In this document: one piece after another, positions 35,030 through 45,429 of the stretch
How positions within the stretch are numbered: position 1 is the stretch's first letter
Layout of the letters: the number at the start of each line of letters is the position of its first letter
Assembly (NCBI RefSeq): GCF_001194135.2
Contig: NC_068993.1
Span: forward strand, 28,052,038 to 28,116,037
Direction: 5' to 3'
Origin: Octopus bimaculoides
Lineage: Eukaryota
DNA: 64,000 bases
Position numbers and translations under genes: made by a program
Notes under the pieces: generated by a model
What the model saw: only the letters and a program-made list of their open reading frames with translations
What the model was told of the DNA's origin: nothing
Databases searched by the model: none

Positions 35030-35815
35030 TTCCGCTCGAACAAAACAGCCATGTTGAAGTGGCTACGAATAATACTTGCTAGTACAACTACTGCGATCAT
35101 CCCATAGAAAGATTTTAGAACTAGCTTTCACTACAACAAACTGTCTGTGTTCGGACTGTCTTTGCACAGGAGTGGGTGGGGCCCATCCGGGCTCCCACCT
35201 TTGCCATGAACTGGAATTAATCTTCTCTCTTCGCTCCTTTGCACCACATGGGCTCAACTCACCTCCTGTCTTCATCTGATATCTACTTCCTCTCTTCATT
35301 GATACCACCCCACCCCCACATCACTCCACACACACTAGTACTAACCACTTCTCAGCACCCACACACCATCATTCACATACCCACACAAAAATATTCAATA
35401 GTGCCACCATACATACCATTATATGAGCAACCACACATTACAGACGCGTGCACACTCACATACATCAGAGTCACTAGCCCCTATTCATACATACACACTT
35501 AAACATTCAAACACACCATTCTCACATATACACACATGCACGCATACCTTCATTTGGGATCACCAGCACTTTATTATCTCTCTTTCTTTCAAAAAATTTT
35601 TTTCTAATCATTTGCCTTGCTTGACCACTAAATATACAAATTTTTGTTCATTCTGTCATGGTTTATTTTTTCTTATTCCTTTCTGTTGAAGAGCATAGGC
35701 TCGAAATGTAAAACACTTCTCCATTTTCCTGAGCGTCAAACTAATTCACCAGTTTGTTGTTCATACAACTGTCTTCGTCTTTTGTTTTTCTATAAATTTC
35801 AGATATATATATATA
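35030..35815 (+). mobile_element. Penelope-like element 3' fragment with pseudo-LTR
   Basis: HELELIFSLRSFAPHGLNSPPVFI* matches the PLE GIY-YIG C-terminal RE..LIF.L....P.GLN motif. A hammerhead-like motif lies downstream. Confidence 0.65.
35676..35716 (+). ncRNA. Minimal hammerhead-like motif (variant core CTGTTGA)
   Basis: CTGTTGA-a-GAGC-atag-GCTC-GAAA-tGTA. Stem II is perfect; stems I and III are imperfect. Confidence 0.5.
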
Positions 35816-36535
35816 TATATATAAAATAACAAGCAAAGTAGCTACTTAAAAAAAATCTCAATAACAGATGAAAGTAGCAACTATACTAAGAAGTAATGTT
35901 TATCACCACATCAATATAGCTGTTTGGTGTTACTACTCTTTTAACCCCAAGCAGATCCACTGCCAGCTGGTTACCAGTGCAACCTGCACCTTGTATATAT
36001 TGCAAGCAGGAGAGCGAACCCCTACCATCCTCTAGCAGACAACAGGATCACAAGACTAAACGGTTTTGGGCTACTTGTGAACACCTGACCACTAGAAATA
36101 GCAAGAATTTGCTCCAGCTTGCAATATATAGAAAACTAAGTGACCATCAGTCACTGATCTTGCAACAAGCAAAGTAATTAGTTAGAAAACCTGAATAAGA
36201 GTTGAATATATATGTATATAAGAAAAGAGGAATTATATATNNNNNNNNNNNNNNNNNNNNNNNNNNNNNNNNNNNNNNNNNNNNNNNNNNNNNNNNNNNN
36301 NNNNNNNNNNNNNNNNNNNNNNNNNNNNNNNNNNNNNNNNNNNNNNNNNNNNNNNNNNNNNNNNNNNNNNNNNNNNNNNNNNNNNNNNNNNNNNNNNNNN
36401 NNNNNNNNNNNNNNNNNNNNNNNNNNNNNNNNNNNNNNNNNNNNATATATATATATATATACCAGAGTAAGTACATAAATACAAAACAAGGTGAAAAAAA
36501 ATAGTACTTGAATATCGGAGGTAGAGTAATATGCT

Positions 36536-36593
36536 GTTCATCAGACAGTTTTGCTTCAAAACAAAACTGAACGTGAAACTCTGAGTAACAGTC
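36536..36593. ncRNA. Split or inverted hammerhead remnant
   Basis: Minus 36552-36536 reads aaaactgtCTGATGAac. Plus 36572-36592 reads cgtGAAACtctgaGTAacagt. Confidence 0.4.
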
Positions 36594-36898
36594 TTTGTGA
36601 TATTTTTGCTTTTTAATAAAGTATATATATGCTTTATTATTATATGTAAATAGTAAGGGATTACCCCAAAATGATTAGTGATTTGATCTCAGTTAGGTAT
36701 TCAAAATAGATTATTCAACAGTTAAAATAAAGTTCTTCTAAGAATTTAGAGATATATTTTGTTGGTTAATTCTGAATATTTTACCATAACCATATAGGTT
36801 TCCTGGAGTATATAATATCAACAGTATTAATAATAAGGATCATTACAAAGTTGCATAGCATTACCTTTAATTCTGTTAATATATATACAACTTTACGT

Positions 36899-36982
36899 AG
36901 ACTAATACGTTTCAACTGCACCGATTAGTAACCATCGCAATTGCAACCTTACTATACTACCGGTGCAGTTTCTTCAGGGTCT
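36899..36982 (-). ncRNA. Type I hammerhead ribozyme with intact core and long stem II
   Basis: The minus strand reads agacc-CTGAAGA-aactgcaccg-(37 nt containing tagtaa/ttacta)-cggtgcagtt-GAAAC-GTA-ttagtct. Stem II is a perfect 10-bp stem, stem III is the ACGT palindrome, and agac/gtct could form stem I with an offset. Confidence 0.72.
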
Positions 36983-37124
36983 TTACTTAATATCCTTCGA
37001 TTTAACTGCTTAAAGTTTTTCGCTTATCTACTTTGCATGGGTCTAAGTAAAGCTGTGTATATATTAAAAAAATTAAAGGTAATGCTATGCAACTTCATAA
37101 TAATCCTTATTATTAATACTGTTC

Positions 37125-37149
<25 letters not shown>

Positions 37150-37157
<8 letters not shown>

Positions 37158-37680
37158 AGAAGTGAGGCATAAGAGGAATTAGTTGGAGTGTGCAAGAGAG
37201 AAGAGCGCACTGGTTTGGTCATGTGATGCGAAAGGCTGCTGACAGGTCCATAAAGAAGTGCTGATCTCTCAAAGTACATGTAACATATGGAAGGGGAAAA
37301 CCCAGGAAGACATGGGATGAAGTACTGAAGAATTACCTCAGAATGCTGAACATTTCAGGTGAGATGATAAAGGAATGAGATGCCTGGCACCTTACTGTAT
37401 TCAAGAAGACCTGTACTCCAAAGCAGAAGTGTTAAGACTGGTCCCTCTGGTGGTGTAAAGCACTCGTGGCGATGCCACATAAAAGGACCCATATGGTACC
37501 ACGTAAAAGCACCCAGTACACCCTGTAAAGTGGTTGGTGTTAGGAAGGGAACCCAGCTGTAGAAGTCATGCCAAATCAGACTGGAATCTGGTGCAGCTCC
37601 CTAGCTTGCCAGCTCTGGTCAAACCACCCAACCCATGCCTACATCGACAGTGGACGTTAAATGATGATGATGATGATGAT
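37150..37680 (+). mobile_element. RTE family A 3' end with (GAT)n tail
   Basis: RLRWFGHV-like tggtttggtcatgtgatgcg, 3'UTR ggttggtgttaggaaggg..gtagaa, and a gatgatgat tail. Confidence 0.8.
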
Positions 37681-37689
37681 ATATCACAG

Positions 37690-39270
37690 ATTTATAATCG
37701 CAGCACTCAAATTCATCCTGCTGAACAACTATTTCATGTTCGATACAGCTTACTATCGACAAAAATGTGGAATTGCAATGGGAACCTGAGCTGCGCCAGT
37801 GATGGCGAACCTTGTAATGGGTTACCTAGAGCTTAAAATATATCAATCATCACTACAAAAATATGGCAACTCTTTTCATTGCTATTTAAAGGAGAACTGG
37901 AAGAGGTATCTGGACGATTGCTTTATACTTTGGCAAGACAGCATGGACAAACTCCTCGATTTCAAAATAATGCTTAACAATATTAATAGCAACATACAAT
38001 TCACTATGGAACACAGCAGTAAACAACTCCNNNNNNNNNNNNNNNNNNNNNNNNNNNNNNNNNNNNNNNNNNNNNNNNNNNNNNNNNNNNNNNNNNNNNN
38101 NNNNNNNNNNNNNNNNNNNNNNNNNNNNNNNNNNNNNNNNNNNNNNNNNNNNNNNNNNNNNNNNNNNNNNNNNNNNNNNNNNNNNNNNNNNNNNNNNNNN
38201 NNNNNNNNNNNNNNNNNNNNNNNNNNNNNNNNNNNNNNNNNNNNNNNNNNNNNNNNNNNNNNNNNNNNNNNNNNNNNNNNNNNNNNNNNNNNNNNNNNNN
38301 NNNNNNNNNNNNNNNNNNNNNNNNNNNNNNNNNNNNNNNNNNNNNNNNNNNNNNNNNNNNNNNNNNNNNNNNNNNNNNNNNNNNNNNNNNNNNNNNNNNN
38401 NNNNNNNNNNNNNNNNNNNNNNNNNNNNNNNNNNNNNNNNNNNNNNNNNNNNNNNNNNNNNNNNNNNNNNNNNNNNNNNNNNNNNNNNNNNNNNNNNNNN
38501 NNNNNNNNNNNNNNNNNNNNNNNNNNNNNNNNNNNNNNNNNNNNNNNNNNNNNNNNNNNNNNNNNNNNNNNNNNNNNNNNNNNNNNNNNNNNNNNNNNGG
38601 GACTTGCCCCCACCTTTTGGAGGGTTCTGAGTTCCACTTTAAACAAGGTGAAATCTTTAAGATTAAATCAAATTTCACCTGTGCCTCGGAAAATCTAATC
38701 TATGCCATTACATGCTTAGGGTGCAGTAATTATTATATTGGCCAAACAGGAATTTCACTCCATAGAAGAACTACTCTCCACAAAGAACAAATCCGCCACC
38801 CACATTACAGACAGATACAGGTCAGTAGACACATAGAAAGGTGTGCGAGGAATCTTAATCCTAATTTCCTAATTTTTCCCTTCTATCAATGTTCACAGAA
38901 CACGTCTACACAACAAAGAATGAATAAAGAGGCATTTTTCATTAATAAATATCTTCCTCAACTAAATATAAACACATAATATCATATAGAACACCACTAA
39001 TCTTCCATTTAATATCACTAACCCCCATACATCCCATACACCATTCACATTACAAATCCAGATTACCCTAATGGCACCAAATCCAGAACTACTTACCTCT
39101 CTTACACATAATCTTTTTACTAAGGGACTAATAGACTTGACACCGTTCAGAATTCGGTGTATACTCAAAGCAATGAATGGTATTACTACGAAACCGGTAT
39201 GCTTGTAAATCTCTTTAATAACTCACAATAATGACTTTTTTTACCTTTATTCCTACCTCAGTTCATCTAA
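37690..39270 (+). mobile_element. Penelope/Poseidon-type PLE (RT C-terminal half + GIY-YIG endonuclease + pLTR), with an internal gap
   Basis: NNYFMFD..YYRQKCGIAMGT, ANLVMGYLE and KRYLDDCF are RT motifs. FTCASENLIYAITCLGCSNYYIGQTG..RHIERC is the GIY-YIG domain with CCHH-type residues. Confidence 0.9.
39115..39205 (+). ncRNA. Degenerate hammerhead in the PLE pLTR
   Basis: CTAAGGG (mutated CUGANGA) ... acaccg/cggtgt hairpin ... GAAAC-CG-GTA with an ACCGGT palindrome. Confidence 0.4.
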
Positions 39271-39973
39271 TTGTATATATATATCGTTACTTTTCATAAA
39301 AAGCCTTACCTTCTTTTTGATTTTCGATGTGCATTTTCTCTTATTTTTCTNNNNNNNNNNNNNNNNNNNNNNNNNNNNNNNNNNNNNNNNNNNNNNNNNN
39401 NNNNNNNNNNNNNNNNNNNNNNNNNNNNNNNNNNNNNNNNNNNNNNNNNNNNNNNNNNNNNNNNNNNNNNNNNNNNNNNNNNNNNNNNNNNNNNNNNNNN
39501 NNNNNNNNNNNNNNNNNNNNNNNNNNNNNNNNNNNNNNNTGAGGAATGGAGGGAAAAGTGAGAGAGAGAGAGTGTGTGTGTGTGTGTGTGAGTGTGTGTG
39601 TTTTTGTGTTGGTGTGTGTGTCTGTGTGTGTGCGTGTGTGTGTCGATGGGAACGAGAAAAGAAGAAAATTGTGTTTATAGCTGGTCAGTTCTTTTCAATG
39701 ATAAGTTTATTCTTGGCCTTTTAAAGAAAAGGAAAAAACCAGGTGACATGTTTTTCTAATTCATAATTGTAAATTTTTACCATTGATAAACAAAAAATAT
39801 TGTTGAAACTAGTTTGGTATATATGTAAATAAATTTATTTCAAAACAATTACAAGTTTTTCAAATTTAGGTGCATTTTCAACAACAAATTTGTCTATACA
39901 TATAGGGTTGGATGAGTGCTGAAGAAAGGGCAACAACCCCCGAAATATGACATACACTCATTAACCACTTTTA

Positions 39974-40352
39974 GGCACAGGAGTGGCTGTGTGGTAAGTA
40001 GCTCGCTTACCAACCACATGGTTGCAGGTTCAATCTTACTGTGTGGCACCTTTGACAAGTGTCTTCTACTATAGCCTCGGGCCAACCAAAGCCTTGTGAG
40101 TGAATTTGGTAGACAGAAACTGAAAGAAGTCCATCGTATATGTGTGTGTGAATGTGTTTGTACCCCCAACATCACTTGACAACTGATGATGCTGTGTTTA
40201 CGTCCTGGTAACTTAGCAGTTTGGCAAAAGTGATGACAGAATAAATATGAGGCTAGGCTTACAAAGAATAATTTCTGGGGTCTATTTGCTTGACTAAAGG
40301 CAGTGCTCCAGTATGACTGCAGTAAAATGACTGAAACAAGTAAAAGAGTAAA
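39974..40352 (+). mobile_element. Full-length SINE family 1
   Basis: ggcacaggagtggctgtgtggtaag head through gactgaaacaagtaaaagag. Confidence 0.9.
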
Positions 40353-40371
40353 ATAAATAAATAAATAAATA

Positions 40372-40409
<38 letters not shown>

Positions 40410-40618
40410 CACTCTTTTACTTGTTTCAGTCATTTGACTATGGCCATGCTGGAAAACTGCCTTTAGTTGAGCAAACTGACCCCAGGACTTATTCTTTGTA
40501 AGCCTAGTACTTATTCTATCGGTCTCTTTTGCTCAACCGCTAAGTTACGGGGATGTAAACACACCAGCACTGGCTGTCAAGTGATGTTGGGGGGACAAAC
40601 ACAGACACCCAAACATAT

Positions 40619-40670
<52 letters not shown>

Positions 40671-40793
40671 CAGGCTTCTTTCGGTTTCTGTCTACTAAAT
40701 CCACTCACAAGGCTTTGGTCATCCCGAGGCTATAGTAGAAGACACTTGCCCAAGGTGCTACACAGTGGGACTGAACCTGGAACCATGTGGTTG
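40410..40793 (-). mobile_element. Near full-length SINE family 1, inverted relative to 39974-40352
   Basis: Reverse complement of the same family; the 5' head is slightly truncated. Confidence 0.9.
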
Positions 40794-42106
40794 ATATAAG
40801 ATGTGATTCTTTTTTCAGCTTATCAAGCTTCAATATGGGAAAAGCCTAGAGTGTTTGATGCTGATAAATTATTATTATTCCTGAACTTTATTTTTTATAC
40901 CTACCACAGACTGCTCAAAGCTTTCAAACTTCCTACACTAAGATCCATGTTGTTGCTGAACCTCAAGTCAGTTCTCATCAAGTGGACCCTTTGGTCAAAA
41001 GCATTTCAGCTGTGGCTATCCTGTCTGATTTTCAGACACTGTCTATCAAGAAATACATTAATCATGAAGCTCTCTTTTTAAGGTAGTAAGATGAATTTCT
41101 ATTTCTAACAGGTTACTAGTGAAGATATAGGATAGCAGTCAAGGTGTGTGTGTGTGCGTGCGCGTGCGCACATATGTGTGTGTCCCTGTTTATGTTTATA
41201 CTCTAACTTAGCGGTTTGAGAATAAGAATCATTGAAATAGAAATATATCAATGTAAATAGAAATATTGGTGTTGATATAATCAAATTCCTTGAAGGCAAT
41301 GCCCCAGCATGGTTACAGTCCAATGAATAAAATTGACAAAAGAATAGTATAAGAACACAAGACATCAAAACAAAATAAACAAAACCAAAACATTGCAGAC
41401 TATCAGGAGTCCTTTAACTCCATCTCTACTACTGGTGCTATTGAAATGGCTGGGGAAAGAATGAAGAAGGAAAAATTGCTACCTTACACACACACACACA
41501 CCCAGCTTATTATATTACATGTATTGTTTGGTAAATAGTGATGTTTATTTAGAACATGGGATAGTCAAAAATTTCAGGAAGTAGAATTTTGATACACTTA
41601 GACATTTTAGATACACACAAAAGTGAATATGAGTTGAATGAAACCCTGTTTAGAACAGTCAAATATTCATGAATACACATACATGCACTCGCACACATTA
41701 CATATGAACATAATGTATATTTGCAATACAAACACATAGATATCATACAGGAAGCACTACTCATCTATCATCTAGAACAACACTACTGTTATGCACACAC
41801 AGATGCATACACATCCTTGATTTCATTTGTAAATAGGCCATGAGGTTCATTGGCTAGATTTACACATCCATATAACCCAAAATAAATACATGAATTGTTT
41901 CTACTGCTACTATATCAGTTTCTGCTCCAGTGATGCAGCAGCCTGTAGTTACCCTACTACACCGCAGCCCAATAATACTCCCCTTTTTGTTATCCTTACT
42001 TTGTCTTCACAACAGATTCTTCACTAACCTTTTACTCTGCCCCAGAATCATTTCCCCAGGAAATTATTTCATTCCCCTCATTTCATTTTTACAAATGACA
42101 ACTTAC

Positions 42107-42170
42107 AGAAGTGCAAAGTGAACTGAAAACATCTCACCAAAGGGTGCTGTTCTTCCATCCCTCTTTTCTT
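42107..42170 (-). other. Candidate 64-nt (non-coding?) exon on the kinase strand
   Basis: Acceptor ttatttattacttctctccAG and donor |GTAAGT, in apparently unique sequence. No homology support. Confidence 0.25.
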
Positions 42171-42923
42171 CTGGAGAGAAGTAATAAATAAGTTTTATAA
42201 AAATTCTTTAAATGAAGGTTAATTTAATAGTGCAATACAGCTTCCTGAAACAGACGTTTAAAGAAAGATTATAAGCACTAACCCCATCCCCTCCACCAAC
42301 TAATTAATAATTATGTCAATATGGAAGCCTCTGTGTGGAGGACCAATGGGGTAGAAATAGCAGCCACACTTCCTTCAAATCACAACCTACTGTCTTAAAA
42401 AAGAAAGAAAGACATAATAGAGAACTATAACACTATGTTTGAATATATGATGGGATGGTCACAGCTGGAATGACTTCCATCATTACACTGTACTGATGGT
42501 ACAACAAATTGATAATTTCTAGCATAGCCATAATGTCACTGGTTTGTGAGGCTGAAAAGAGAAGCTCATTTAATTAATTTTAATGAATTCCACAGAGGCT
42601 GTTTTATTAACTCTAGTATAATTGAAGGTATAATTGTTACGAGTGGAAATTGAACTTGAAATGTAAAGGCATGTGACTAATTACTGCAAAACATTTTGTC
42701 TGATGTGCTAATGATTATGTCATTCAACAGGCCTCCTTTAGCTAATTAAAGAAAATTAAAATATAAAATACAAAGATATACATATACAAGTTAAATTTCT
42801 ATTTATATGTTTTTCTCTTTTCATGGAAGATTGGAAACAAAAAACACTACTTGCATGATGATGGCACATATATACAACTATTGCTGACATTCAAGGGAAG
42901 GAGACAGTAACATACATACATGT

Positions 42924-42955
<32 letters not shown>

Positions 42956-43330
42956 CAGGCTTGCTTCTGTTCCTTTCTATCAAATCTACTCACAGTTTTG
43001 GTTGGCAGGTTGGACAGAGACTATAGTAGAAGATACTTGCCCAAGATGCCATGCTGTGGGATTGAACCTGAAACCATGAGGTTGGGAAGCAAATTTCTTA
43101 CCATGAATATATATAATCTGAGCAATGATTTTCCCAACTACCATTTTTGTCAATGTCTTGAAGAAGAAGTCATAACACCAAAATATAGTAATACAAGGTA
43201 AAACTGCAACTTTGTTTTCTTTTCTTTTCCAGTTTACTTTTTACCTTCTCGTACTGCCTTACACAATAAATCGCTTTAATACACACACACATTTTATCTT
43301 TTACTTGTTTCAGTCATATTGACTGCATTT

Positions 43331-44083
43331 GCACTAAGTTTTAATGTTTTAGCTCGCTTCCACTGTTTCTAGCGTGTGATCATTGCATTGACCATGACAG
43401 AGAAAGTTGAGCAGAGAATCTGCATCAAATTTTGCCAAAAGCTTGGCGATACCTGCTCAGAGGCCTATGCAAAGTTTTCAAAAAGTTTTCATTGCTCTCA
43501 ATACAATCAAGGAGATATTGTGCAACTGAAACCTGAGTGTCTTTTTGGTCAGCTGAAGGCAGTTTTGGCACAAACTTGGCAGACACACGTCTCATAACCA
43601 AATCTTCAGTTATAATGGACTGAACTGAACCATAATTCATCTGCACATACTCTGATAGTTCACGGATGGTGATTCGATGATTTCCATTCACAGCTGCATG
43701 CACATCTACGATGTTTTTCTCAGTTCTGCTGGTTGCTGGTCTCCCAGAACATTCGTCCATGTCAACATTTTTTTGGCCATCCTAGAAACGTCTAAATCAC
43801 TCATACATTCCTCTCCATACACTTTCTGCAACTTTGTGCAGACCTCTGAGCAGGTATCGCCATGACAACTTTCTCTGTCATGGTCAATGCGATGATCACA
43901 AGCTACACACCTTCCTTCCAATCACTGGTGTAAACAGCAGAAGCGAGCTAGAACATTAAAACTTAGTGCACATGTACAGCAGAGTTCGAGGTCAATCTTT
44001 GCCAAGTGACTTCACTCTGTGTGCTTTAGCTTCATTGCTTTGGCAACAGTCCAGATACTTATTGATCAGACCATCTGACCTCG
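43331..44083. mobile_element. mariner foldback derivative (two inward-facing 5' ends) inside a broken SINE-1
   Basis: 43331-43483 (+) and ~43480-44083 (-) both carry gcactaagttttaatgtt.tagctcgcttc and ttgaccatgacagagaaagtt. The transposase HTH reads SGRPATSRTEKN..RITIREL..RRVSAKFVPK. A TIR ends at 44083 followed by TA. Confidence 0.8.
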
Positions 44084-44175
44084 TATATATATATATGATG
44101 AACTTCTTTCAGTTTCTATCTACCAAATCCACTCACATAGCTTTGGTTGGCTCAAGGCTATAGTAGAACTGTGCT

Positions 44176-44234
<59 letters not shown>

Positions 44235-45429
44235 CATGTAGCTACATCTATAAATCATCAAAAAACATAACTTGCAGTATTTGGTTAAGTCACTTAATAT
44301 TTCTGAGTTCAAATCCAACTCAGGTCAACTGTAATTTACCTCTTTCTAAAGTAGTTAAAATAAGTAACAACTAAACACAAAAATGAGGTTCTGTTTCATC
44401 CATGATGGTGCCATGTAAAAAACATCCACTACACTGTGTGAAGTGTTCAGCATTAGGAAGGATATCCAACTATAGAAACCATGCCAAAACAGATGACAGG
44501 AGCTTGGTGCAGGCCTCCTCTATTTACCAGCACCTGTCAAACCATCCAACCCATGCCAGCATGGATAACAAATGTTAAACAATGATGATGATTCTAGAAG
44601 GCAGTGCCCAGTATGGCCACTTTGTAGTGACTGAAACAAATATATGCATACATAAATGTGTGGAGTGGAGTGGAAGCTTTTGAGGAGGCCAGGATGACAC
44701 ATGCAAGACTCGAGAGATTTAAAAAAGAATGTTGCGATTGAGAAGGTGAATCTTAGTGACCTTTTGTGTGCACAGTTTGTGACAGACCGTGCCTTTCTTT
44801 TGCTGGGTTCAAATCTCATTTGCAGAGCTATGAAAATGAACCACTGGCAACTACTCAGCCTATATATCTGTGCACACCTTTCAATGCCATGTATGCCATA
44901 AGGCCTACAAATTTAACAGAGGCCTCAAAAGACATTTTAAGATCCACAAAGGTCAGAACTTAACTGCAGTTCTTGGTGGTTCAAATTAGATATGTAATCT
45001 ATGTGGGTGTCTTTTCAATACATTCTCTAGTCTAAAAAGCCACATCAGATACCATCACAGGTGATTTAAATGATTAGGTACACTAGATAAGTGCTGTAGC
45101 GGATTACTGGGGCTCCAAGGTTATAGCCGAGATGGTAGTTATGGAGCCATTGCAGATTCCTGATGCAGCGGATATATAATTGTTAAACAGGACAACAAAT
45201 ATTAAGGCAAGGCAAACATCTCAAGCCATATACAATATTATTATAGGAAGAAATTCAAAATCTTACAGCTGTTTCTGGGATATCCCCGAGTATGGGATAT
45301 TCCATCATTAGAGACAATTTTCCCTATTTGTCTCTGATGGCGGAATATCACATAAACAGCTCTAAGATTTTGAATTTCTTCCTACAATAATATTGTATAT
45401 GACTTGAGATGTTTGCTGTCCTGTTTAAC

